A program made the translations under genes and the position numbers. The notes under the pieces were generated by a model that saw only the letters and a program-made list of their open reading frames with translations, ran no database searches and had not been told where the DNA came from. Below are positions 15,273 to 24,029 of a stretch of DNA of 26,100 nucleotides, piece after piece; position 1 is the first letter of the stretch, and every line of letters begins with the position of its first letter. Origin of the DNA: Chloroflexota bacterium (GTDB taxonomy: Bacteria > Chloroflexota > Anaerolineae > Anaerolineales > DRMV01); assembly GCA_013153375.1 (NCBI GenBank), contig JAADEN010000198.1, positions 1 to 26,100 on the forward strand, read 5' to 3'.

Positions 15273-17549
15273 ATGAACACTCGAAGCCACTGGCTGGCCT
15301 GGTGGGCCGCAATCGTAATGATGGCAACCCTGGTCGGGTGTCGGCGGGCGGTTCCCGAGACCGCGGCGCCGCCGACGGCCACGCGCGCGCCCACGCCCGC
15401 GGCCACGGCCACCGCCACCCCCGCGCCTCCTCCGCCGGAGGCCGTCACCGAAGCCTTCCTGCGAGCCTGGCCCAAAGAAGATTACTCCGCCATGTACGCC
15501 ATGCTCACGCAGGTCAGCCGCGACGCGCTCACCCCCGACGAATTCGCGGCCTACCTGCGGCATGTGCTGGTCGAGACCACCACCCAACAGGTGGACTTTG
15601 AACTCCTCTCGGCCCTGGTGCAAGACGCCCAGGCCCAGGTGCGCTACCGGCTGACCTACCACACCGTCATCTTCGGCGACCTGACCCGCGAAACGGCCAT
15701 GAGCCTGCGCCTGGAAGACGGCACCTGGCGGGTGCAGTGGGATCCGGCCATGCTGCTGCCCGAACTGACGGGCGGGCGGCGCCTGCGCCTGGAGGTCTTC
15801 CAGCCGCAACGCGGCGACATCCTGGACCGCGATGGTACGGTGCTGGCCACGGTCACCGAGGGCTACGCCATCGGCCTGGTGCCCGGCCAGATTCCCGAAG
15901 ATGCCGAGGACAAACTGCTGCGGCTCTTGGCCCGCATCACCGAGCGCCGCCCCGAGGACATCGCCCGCCTCTATGCCTATGCGCAGCCCGACTGGTATGT
16001 CGCGGTGGACGAACAGCCCGCGGAGCGGCTCCAGCCGTGGTACAACGCCCTGCTCAGTTTCAGCGGCGTCATCGTCCAGAGTTACACCGGCCGCCACTAC
16101 TACTGGGACGACAACACCGCCCACACCGTGGGCTATGTCAGCCCCATCCAGCCCGACGAGGTCGATGCCTATCGCCGCCGAGGGTACTCCATCGGCGCGC
16201 GGGTCGGGCGAGCCGGGCTGGAACGCTGGGGGGAAGACATCCTGCGCGGCCACAGCGGAGGCGTGCTGCAAGTGCTCGATCCGGCCACCCAAGAGGTGGT
16301 CGCCACCCTGGGCCAGGCCGACCCCGGCCTGCCCGGCACCATTTACAGCACCCTGGATCTGGACCTGCAACGCTGGACCTGCTTCGCCATCAAAGACTTC
16401 CGCGCCGGCGCGGCCATCGTGCTGGAGCGCGACACCGGCCGCGTCCTGGCCATGTGCTCCAGGCCGGGGTTCAACCCCAACGCGTTCGAACCCAACAACT
16501 ACAACAGCCGGGCCGAACTGCAGGCCATCTTCCAAGATCCCGCCAATCCGCTGCTCAACCGCGCGGCCCAAGGTCAATATCCCCCTGGTTCGGTGTTCAA
16601 ACTGGTGACCATGGCCGCAGCCCTGGAAACCGGCGTCATCGACCTGGACGACATCTACAACTGCGGCTACGAGTTCACCGAACTGGCCGGGGTCACCCTC
16701 ACCGACTGGACCCTGAAATACGACCTGCCGCCCAGCGGGCCGCTGGACATCATCGGCGGCCTGCGCCGGTCGTGCAACCCCTTCTTCTGGCATCTGGGTC
16801 TGGCCATGTACGACCAGGGCTACATCACCGCGGTGCACGACATGGCCCTGGCCTTCGGCCTGGGGCAACCCACGGGCATCGAGCAGATCGAAGAAGAGAG
16901 CGGCTACATCCCCGTGCCCGAGTCCGCGTTCGACGCGGTGAACCAGGCCATCGGCCAGGGCGATGTGCTGGTCACGCCGCTGCAAATCGCGCGCCTGGTC
17001 GCGGCCATCGGCAACGGCGGGCACCTGATGCGCCCCCAACTGGTCGAACAGGCCGTCGACGCCAATGGCCGCGTCATCGAGGCCTTCCAGCCCGAAGAGC
17101 AGGGCACCCTGCCCGTCTCGACCGAAACCCTGGCCGCGCTGCGGGAAGGCATGTACCAGGTGGTCCACCACCCCGACGGCACCGCGCATCATGTCTTCCC
17201 CAACTGGCCCATCCCCACCTACGGCAAGACGGGTACCGCGGAAACCATGGCCGGCGTCGAACCCCACGCCTGGTTCGTGGCCTTCACCGACGCCCAGGAC
17301 CCCGACCGGCCCGACATCGCGGTGGTGGTCGTGCTGGAATACGGCGGCTCGGGCGGCAACTTCGCCGCGCCCATCGCCCGCCGCATTCTGGAGGCCTACT
17401 TCTACGACAAACCCTACACCCTCTACCCGTGGGAAGAGAGTTTCGGCGTCAAACGCGAGGAGGAAGAAGAAGCCCCCCAGGACGGCGAAAACGCGCCGCC
17501 CGAAGACCAGGGCTTCACGCCCGGCGCGCCGACGCCGCCGAGAGGATGA
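15273..17549 (+). CDS. Class B penicillin-binding protein with lipobox, NTF2-like (MecA_N-type) domain, dimerisation domain and transpeptidase domain
   Basis: Lipobox LVGC at aa 20-23. AFLRAWPKEDYSAMYAML and WRVQWDP (MecA_N-like), RGDILDRDG, GRAGLE, catalytic motifs PGSVFK (SxxK), SCN (SxN), GKTGTAE (KTG). Confidence 0.92.
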   Translation: MNTRSHWLAWWAAIVMMATLVGCRRAVPETAAPPTATRAPTPAATATATPAPPPPEAVTEAFLRAWPKEDYSAMYAMLTQVSRDALTPDEFAAYLRHVLVETTTQQVDFELLSALVQDAQAQVRYRLTYHTVIFGDLTRETAMSLRLEDGTWRVQWDPAMLLPELTGGRRLRLEVFQPQRGDILDRDGTVLATVTEGYAIGLVPGQIPEDAEDKLLRLLARITERRPEDIARLYAYAQPDWYVAVDEQPAERLQPWYNALLSFSGVIVQSYTGRHYYWDDNTAHTVGYVSPIQPDEVDAYRRRGYSIGARVGRAGLERWGEDILRGHSGGVLQVLDPATQEVVATLGQADPGLPGTIYSTLDLDLQRWTCFAIKDFRAGAAIVLERDTGRVLAMCSRPGFNPNAFEPNNYNSRAELQAIFQDPANPLLNRAAQGQYPPGSVFKLVTMAAALETGVIDLDDIYNCGYEFTELAGVTLTDWTLKYDLPPSGPLDIIGGLRRSCNPFFWHLGLAMYDQGYITAVHDMALAFGLGQPTGIEQIEEESGYIPVPESAFDAVNQAIGQGDVLVTPLQIARLVAAIGNGGHLMRPQLVEQAVDANGRVIEAFQPEEQGTLPVSTETLAALREGMYQVVHHPDGTAHHVFPNWPIPTYGKTGTAETMAGVEPHAWFVAFTDAQDPDRPDIAVVVVLEYGGSGGNFAAPIARRILEAYFYDKPYTLYPWEESFGVKREEEEEAPQDGENAPPEDQGFTPGAPTPPRG

Positions 17550-17553
17550 ACAT

Positions 17554-17588
17554 CAGGGCACGACCGCGGTCGTGCCCTGTTCGTTTTC
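17554..17588 (+). terminator. Intrinsic terminator after the PBP gene (perfect 26-bp palindrome)
   Basis: CAGGGCACGACCG|CGGTCGTGCCCTG (17554-17579) followed by TTCGTTTTC. Confidence 0.75.
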
Positions 17589-17625
17589 GTTGAAGTGCGT
17601 TTTTCGAGCCCCCAAGGAGGACGCC

Positions 17626-18000
17626 ATGCAACGCCGAGCCTCGTTCTTTCGCTCCCTGCACTGGGCCGCGGGCTTGTGGGCCGCGACCGTGTCCCTGTTC
17701 CTGGTCCTCGGCCGCGTGCCCGGCATGACCGCGTACTGGCGCTGGTTGTTCGTGGGCCTGATGCTGTGGATGTGGATGCGCCTGGTCCCCCTGGCCACCG
17801 CGCGGCCCATGAACCCGCTCAAGGCCGCCTTCATCCTCGGCGGCCTGGCCTCCTTCGTGCTGGCCTTCTTCCACGCCACCGAAGGCTTCGTCCACGAAGC
17901 CCTGGCCGGCGTGTTGTTGTTCATGTTCATCGAGAACGCGGTCGCGGTCACTGCGGACCCCTACTACAAGGCCGCGCGCCGCGAGCGCGGCGAGTGCTGA
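17626..18000 (+). CDS. Hypothetical small membrane protein (124 aa, about 4 TM)
   Basis: Strong RBS AAGGAGG 6 nt before ATG 17626. MQRRASFFRSLHWAAGLWAATVSLFLVLG... with four hydrophobic segments. It is the 3' part of track ORF 17065..18000. Confidence 0.75.
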   Translation: MQRRASFFRSLHWAAGLWAATVSLFLVLGRVPGMTAYWRWLFVGLMLWMWMRLVPLATARPMNPLKAAFILGGLASFVLAFFHATEGFVHEALAGVLLFMFIENAVAVTADPYYKAARRERGEC

Positions 18001-18003
18001 GGT

Positions 18004-19371
18004 TCAGGGGGACGCCTCCGGGCGGGCCGGGTCGGACGGGGGCGGCTCGGCTTCGTCCGCCCACCAGGCCTGCAGCCGCTGGGCGATGATGCGCTCGTAG
18101 CCCTGGTCCGAGGGCGTGTAGAAGCGCGCCCTTTGCGCCTCGGGCGGCCGGTACGCCTGGCGCACGAAGTGCCCCGGCTCGGCGTGGGGGTAGCGATAGC
18201 CCTGACCGTGGCCCAAAGCCTCCCGATCCCGATGCCCATCCCGCAAGTGCAGGGGCACCGGGCCGACGCCATGCGCCCGGACGAAATCCTGCGCCGCGAA
18301 GAGGGCCTTGGTGCTGTTGGACTTGGGCGCGGTGGCCAGGTAGAGGGTGGCCTGGGCCAGATGATACCGCCCTTCGGGCAGGCCCACCCGGTCGAAAGCC
18401 TGGGCCGCGGCCACGGTGTGCACCAGGGCCTGAGGGTCGGCCAGGCCGATGTCCTCCGCGGCCAGGATGAGCAAACGGCGCAGGATGAAGCGCGGGTCTT
18501 CGCCAGCCTCCAACATCACGGCCAGCCAGTAGAGGGCCGCGTCGGGGTCCGAGCCGCGCACCGACTTGATGAACGCGGAGATGGTGTCGTAGTGCGCATC
18601 GCCCTTTTTGTCGTAGCGCACCGCGCGGCGTTGCAGCACGGCCTGCATCCAGTCCTTGTCCACCCGGCGGACGCCCTCCGCGTCGGCCGCCGCGCTCTCC
18701 ACGGCCAACTCCAGCGCGTTGAGCGCGCGCCGCGCGTCGCCGCCCGCGGCCTGGGCCAGGAAGTCCAGCGCCTCGTCGGTCACCACCACGGCCTGGCCGC
18801 CGTAGCCCCGCGGGTCGGTGAGGGCCCGCGTCAACACCTGACGCACCTGCTCCGGGGTGAGCGGGTGCAGTTGAAACACCTGCGAGCGCGACACCAGCGC
18901 GGGAATGACCTCGAAGTAGGGATTTTCGGTGGTCGCGCCGATGAAGATGAGGGTGCCGTCTTCCACATAGGGCAGCAGCGCGTCCTGCTGGGCCTTGTTC
19001 CAGCGATGCACCTCGTCCACGAAGAGCACCGTGCGCCGGCCGAAGTACTTGCGCTGCTCGCGCGCGGTCTCGATGGCCCGCACCAGGTCGGCCTTGCCGG
19101 CCAGCACCGCGGAGAGGGGGATGAAGTGGGCATCCCACGAGCGGGCCAGAATGTGGGCCAGGGTGGTCTTGCCCGTGCCCGGCGGCCCCCACAAGATGAG
19201 GGACGGAAACCCGCGGCCCTGCTCCACCGCCCGGCGCAAGGGCTTGCCCGGCCCGACCAGGTGCTCCTGCCCCACGAATTCGTCCAGGGTGCGGGGCCGC
19301 AGGCGCGCGGCCAGGGGCATGTGCTGCGCGGCTTCTTGCTGTTGGGCGTGGTCGAACAAATCGTGGGTCAT
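18004..19371 (-). CDS. rarA: Replication-associated recombination protein A (RarA/MgsA AAA+ ATPase)
   Basis: PLAARLRPRTLDEFVGQEHL, Walker A WGPPGTGKTT, LFVDEVHRWNKAQQD, GATTENP, HYDTISAFIKSVRGSDPDAA, SNS motif. ATG 19371 follows AGGAGG. Confidence 0.96.
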   Translation of the reverse strand: MTHDLFDHAQQQEAAQHMPLAARLRPRTLDEFVGQEHLVGPGKPLRRAVEQGRGFPSLILWGPPGTGKTTLAHILARSWDAHFIPLSAVLAGKADLVRAIETAREQRKYFGRRTVLFVDEVHRWNKAQQDALLPYVEDGTLIFIGATTENPYFEVIPALVSRSQVFQLHPLTPEQVRQVLTRALTDPRGYGGQAVVVTDEALDFLAQAAGGDARRALNALELAVESAAADAEGVRRVDKDWMQAVLQRRAVRYDKKGDAHYDTISAFIKSVRGSDPDAALYWLAVMLEAGEDPRFILRRLLILAAEDIGLADPQALVHTVAAAQAFDRVGLPEGRYHLAQATLYLATAPKSNSTKALFAAQDFVRAHGVGPVPLHLRDGHRDREALGHGQGYRYPHAEPGHFVRQAYRPPEAQRARFYTPSDQGYERIIAQRLQAWWADEAEPPPSDPARPEASP

Positions 19372-19495
19372 GGGACCTCCTACCAAAACGACATGGCCGC
19401 GCCAGTCCGAACGCGTCTTCCATTCTACCCCACATCCCAGGCAACCGGCCTCGACGCGCCATCATCCACGAGGCGGCCCCTCGCCGGGGTTCCTC

Positions 19496-19526
19496 CAAAA
19501 ACAAAGAGGGCCCCGCTGGGGCCCTC
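19496..19526 (-). terminator. Intrinsic terminator of the liv operon
   Basis: GAGGGCCCC-N3-GGGGCCCTC (19506-19526) followed on the minus strand by TTTGTTTTT. Confidence 0.85.
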
Positions 19527-19546
19527 CCGTCGCCACAAAGGCAGGG

Positions 19547-20260
<714 letters not shown>

Positions 20261-20275
20261 GACGCGCCTCCCTCG

Positions 20276-21085
20276 TCACGCGGCTTGAGCCGGGGCCTCG
20301 GCCGCCGACAGGCCCGATGCCGCACCCCGCCCCAGGTAGGCTTCGATGACCCGCGGATTGCGCTGAATTTCCTCGGGCTTGCCCTCGGCGATCTTGGTGC
20401 CGAAGTCCAGCACGGTGATCTTCTCGCTGATGGTCATCACCACCTTCATGTCGTGCTCGATGAGCAAGATGGTCAGGTTCCAGTCGTCCCGCAGTTTGCG
20501 GATGAACTCGATCATCTCCGCGGTCTCTTGGGGGTTCATGCCCGCGGTGGGCTCGTCGAGCAGCAACAGTTTGGGTTCGCTGGCCAGCGCGCGGGCGATC
20601 TCCAGGCGCCGTTGCGCGCCGTAAGGCAGGCTGTTGGCCTGATGGTTGGCCCAATCGGTCAGTCCGATGTAGTCCAGCAGTTCCCAGGCCCGCCGCAGCA
20701 CCTTCCGCTCCTGGCGCACGAACGCGGGCGTGTGGATGACCGCATCCCACCAGTGCAGCGAAAGCCGCGGGTGCATGCCCACCATGACATTTTCGATCGC
20801 GCTCATCTTGCCGAAGAGGCGGATGTTCTGATAGGTGCGGGCAATGCCCATGGTGGTGATCTTGTCGGGCCGCAGGCCCTGGATTTCCTTGCCCTCGAAT
20901 TCGATGACGCCTTCCTCGGGCACATAGAAGCCGGTGATGCAGTTGAAGAAAGTGGTCTTGCCCGCGCCGTTGGGTCCGATGACGCTGGCGATGGCGTGCT
21001 CTTCGATTTCGAAGTCCAATTCGTTGACGGCCACCAGACCGCCGAAGCGCTTGGTCACCTTTCGGGCTACGAGAATGGGAGCCAT
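20276..21085 (-). CDS. livG: Branched-chain amino acid-type ABC transporter ATP-binding protein
   Basis: FGGLVAVN, IGPNGAGKTTFFN, GIARTYQNIRLF, LPYGAQRRLEIARALA, LLDEPTAGMN, IEHDM, VIEAYLG. ATG 21085 follows GAGGAGG. Confidence 0.95.
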   Translation of the reverse strand: MAPILVARKVTKRFGGLVAVNELDFEIEEHAIASVIGPNGAGKTTFFNCITGFYVPEEGVIEFEGKEIQGLRPDKITTMGIARTYQNIRLFGKMSAIENVMVGMHPRLSLHWWDAVIHTPAFVRQERKVLRRAWELLDYIGLTDWANHQANSLPYGAQRRLEIARALASEPKLLLLDEPTAGMNPQETAEMIEFIRKLRDDWNLTILLIEHDMKVVMTISEKITVLDFGTKIAEGKPEEIQRNPRVIEAYLGRGAASGLSAAEAPAQAA

Positions 21086-21095
21086 GTTCGCCTCC

Positions 21096-22769
21096 TCAGA
21101 GGGCCGAGGCTTCCGCATCCTCTTCTTGAGGACGCGGGTACACTTTCAACCGCTTGGGCCAGAAGCCCTCGGGCTTGACCAACATCATGGCGATGAGCGC
21201 GATGCCGTAGAACAGCATCCGGTACTCGGAGAATTCCCGCAGCAGTTCGGGCAACCCCACCAGGGCCAACGCGCCCACCACCACGCCCGGCAGGCTGCCG
21301 ATGCCGCCCACGATGATGAGGGAGAGCACATTGATGGAGATGATGAGGTTGAAGGTGTGCGGATACACCGAGCCCACCTTGGCCGCGAAAATCGCGCCGC
21401 TCAAGCCCGAAAAGGCCGCGCCGAAACCAAAGGCCAGCAGTTTGGTGGTCACCAAGTGAATGCCCATGGCCTCGGCCACATCCTCGTCCTCCCGGAGGGC
21501 CTGCCACGCCCGCCCCACCCGCGAGTGGTACAGGCGGCTGGCCACGAACCAAGTGACCAGAATGCCCGCCAGGATGAGGTAGTACAACTGATATTCTTCC
21601 TTCAAGACCCAGTTGCCGATCTTGGGCTTGGGGATGTCCAGCACGCCCAGCGCGCCGCCCATGAAGGGTTTGAGCCAGTCGGAGTTGGCCAGGATACGGA
21701 TGATTTCGCCGAAGCCCAGGGTCACGATGGCCAGATAGTCGCCTCGCATCCGCAGCACCGGGATGCCCAGCACCACCCCGGCCGTCAAGGCCAGAAGGAT
21801 GGCCACGGGCAGAGCCTGCCAGAACGAGTAACCGTGGCCCAAGGGGCCCAAGGAGGTCATCAGCGCGACGGTGTACGCGCCAATGGCGAAGAAGGCCACA
21901 TAGCCCAGGTCCAGCAGGCCGGCGAAGCCGACCACGATGTTCAGCCCCAGGCCCATGATGATGTACAGGCCCACCAGGTTGACCACGCTGTTGAGGTAAG
22001 TGTCCTTGTTCAGAATCCAAACGGGCAGGATCAGCAAGAAGAGCAACAGCGCGCCCAGTTGGAGCGTGGTGCGCAGGGGCGAAGCGGCCTCGGCCTCCTG
22101 CGCCGCGACGGACTTGGTGACTTTGGGATGCTTTTGCCGCCACCAGGCCTGCAGCCCGAACAGGACGGTCAGCACGACGAAGAGGATGGCCGCGCCGGTG
22201 GGCTTCAGGCCCTTGTAGGCGAAGAAGGGCCCCAAGACCTTCTTCAGCACGGTGCGCTGCACCAGTTCGGCCAGCACGCCGAGCAGCAAAGTGGTGCTCG
22301 CGCCGCCCAGCAGCGCCTTGTGCAGCACCTCGGGCAAGATGGGCAGCACCGCGGCCACCCCGCCCAACACCGCGCCGGTCAAAATCAAGTAGAGCACGCC
22401 CCGGGCCACTTGTTCTTGATTGAAGAGCAGGAACTTGTACAGTTCGGGCTTGGCCGTGACGAACATCCAGCCCAAGTCAACCTTCCGGCCGATGAGGGGC
22501 AGCAGGGCCAGAATCGCCGCGCCCACGCCGCCCACGACCGCGCCCTGCAAGGGCACCAGCCAGGGGCGCTCCTGACGCCACGGGCTGCGCACCGCGGTGA
22601 TGTAGCCCATGCCCACGAAGACCAGCATGTACACCACATGGCCCAGGGAAAGTTTGCCGATGACGGGCCGCTGGCTCAAACTGAGCACCATGCCGGTCAG
22701 CGCCACATAAATCACGATGGCGCCGGTCAACAGGCCCGCTTTGAGGGTCGAACGCCAGATGGGGTTCAT
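21096..22769 (-). CDS. livM: Branched-chain amino acid-type ABC permease with a long N-terminal membrane extension
   Basis: GLNIVVGFAGLLDLGYVAFFAIGAY, LRMRGDYLAIVTLGFGEII, SRVGRAWQALREDEDVAEAMGI, IIVGGIGS. Confidence 0.92.
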   Translation of the reverse strand: MNPIWRSTLKAGLLTGAIVIYVALTGMVLSLSQRPVIGKLSLGHVVYMLVFVGMGYITAVRSPWRQERPWLVPLQGAVVGGVGAAILALLPLIGRKVDLGWMFVTAKPELYKFLLFNQEQVARGVLYLILTGAVLGGVAAVLPILPEVLHKALLGGASTTLLLGVLAELVQRTVLKKVLGPFFAYKGLKPTGAAILFVVLTVLFGLQAWWRQKHPKVTKSVAAQEAEAASPLRTTLQLGALLLFLLILPVWILNKDTYLNSVVNLVGLYIIMGLGLNIVVGFAGLLDLGYVAFFAIGAYTVALMTSLGPLGHGYSFWQALPVAILLALTAGVVLGIPVLRMRGDYLAIVTLGFGEIIRILANSDWLKPFMGGALGVLDIPKPKIGNWVLKEEYQLYYLILAGILVTWFVASRLYHSRVGRAWQALREDEDVAEAMGIHLVTTKLLAFGFGAAFSGLSGAIFAAKVGSVYPHTFNLIISINVLSLIIVGGIGSLPGVVVGALALVGLPELLREFSEYRMLFYGIALIAMMLVKPEGFWPKRLKVYPRPQEEDAEASAL

Positions 22770-22784
22770 GGTCGGCCTCCTCCT

Positions 22785-23864
22785 TCACGCCCGCTTCTCG
22801 GACACGGCTTCACCCAGGATGCCCGTGGGCCGGAAGATGAGCACCATGACCAACATGGTGAACGCGATGACATCCTTGAGTTGCGACGGCGCGGGGATGC
22901 CCAGGCCCTCCAGAATCAAGGCCGGGCCCAAAGATTCGAAAATCCCCAAGAAATAACCGCCCAACATCGCGCCCGGGATGTTGCCGATCCCGCCCAGCAC
23001 CGCGGCCGTGAACGCCTTGATGCCCGGCACGAAGCCCATGAAGAACTTGACCTGGAAGAAGATGAGGGAGTAGAGCACCCCGGCCACGCCGGCCATGGAC
23101 GCGCCCAGGATGAAGGTGCGGACGATGATTTGGTCCACATCAATGCCCATGAGCGCGGCCACATCCTTGTTCTCGGCCACCGCGCGCATGGCCTTGCCGG
23201 TCTTGGTCTTTTGGACATACCAGTACAGACCGGCCATCATCAGCAGCGAGACCACGATGGTGAGCGCGTGGGACTTGCCGATGTCCAGGCCGAACACCGA
23301 GACCGAGCCTTTGAGCATGTCCATTTCGGGGAAGGCTCGCAGGCCCGAGCCGAAGAACGAACGGGCCGTGTATTGCAGCGTGAACGAGGCCCCGATCGCG
23401 GTGATGAGGGGCACCAGCCGCGGGGCTTTGCGCAAGGGACGATACGCGACGCGTTCCACGAGCACCGCGATGACCGACGAGGTCGTCATGGCCACCAGAA
23501 GGACGATGATGAGGGAGAGCACGGGATGGCCGTTCCAGTAACCGGCCTTGTCCAGAGCCAACGCGGTGAACAGCGCGCCGAACGCGCCGAACATGAAGAT
23601 TTCGCCGTGCGCGAAGTTGATCATGAACAGGATGCCGTACACCAGGGTGTACCCCAGAGCGATGAGCGCGTACACGCCGCCCTGGGAAATGCCGTACACC
23701 ACGAATTGGGCCCAGCGTTTGCTGTCATAGGTGGTGGTTTGCAACGAGCGCACGGTACCGTACACGGCCACGGCCAAAATGGCCAGGCCGAACAACCACA
23801 CGACGACATCGGTGATGTCGTAGCGCCGGCGCCAGTATTCCAAACGACGCTGCCATTGGTTCAT
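22785..23864 (-). CDS. livH: Branched-chain amino acid-type ABC permease
   Basis: YALIALGYTLVYGILFMINFAHGEIFM, ERVAYRPLR, LITAIGAS, GKAMRAVAEN, GIKAFTAAVLGGIGNIPGA. Confidence 0.95.
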   Translation of the reverse strand: MNQWQRRLEYWRRRYDITDVVVWLFGLAILAVAVYGTVRSLQTTTYDSKRWAQFVVYGISQGGVYALIALGYTLVYGILFMINFAHGEIFMFGAFGALFTALALDKAGYWNGHPVLSLIIVLLVAMTTSSVIAVLVERVAYRPLRKAPRLVPLITAIGASFTLQYTARSFFGSGLRAFPEMDMLKGSVSVFGLDIGKSHALTIVVSLLMMAGLYWYVQKTKTGKAMRAVAENKDVAALMGIDVDQIIVRTFILGASMAGVAGVLYSLIFFQVKFFMGFVPGIKAFTAAVLGGIGNIPGAMLGGYFLGIFESLGPALILEGLGIPAPSQLKDVIAFTMLVMVLIFRPTGILGEAVSEKRA

Positions 23865-23959
23865 CGGCCGTCCTCCAGCGCGTGAGATGGTGGGTAAGGG
23901 TGTGGGCCCAGGGGGACACGCCTATTCGCTTGAACCTCCCGAGGCGATAAAACACACAG

Positions 23960-23993
23960 GGAGGATGCCGGGGGACGATCCCCGGCATCCTCC
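23960..23993 (-). terminator. Long intercistronic hairpin between livK and livH (partial terminator or mRNA stabiliser)
   Basis: GGAGGATGCCGGGG-N6-CCCCGGCATCCTCC, perfect 14-bp stem. Followed on the minus strand by CTGTGTGTTTTAT. Confidence 0.7.
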
Positions 23994-24029
23994 TGACTCA
24001 CGGACGAGTACCGGAGACGGTCAAGGCTT

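Noticed and set aside
12525-17267. 1580-aa minus-strand ORF, and similar long ORFs such as 38..2227+, 5178..8015+, 9129..10841-, 11018..13003-, 20934..23885+
   Set aside because: They are in-register antisense shadows of well-supported genes, expected from high GC3 codon bias. They show no family motifs or RBS and span several real genes.
15273-17549. Calling the PBP mecA (acquired resistance gene)
   Set aside because: Only the domain architecture is shared. Codon style matches the host, and no mec regulators, recombinases or IS elements are nearby.
19422-19450. rarA promoter (TAGAAT on the minus strand)
   Set aside because: A good -10 only, with no -35 or TGn at proper spacing, so it was too weak to list as a feature.
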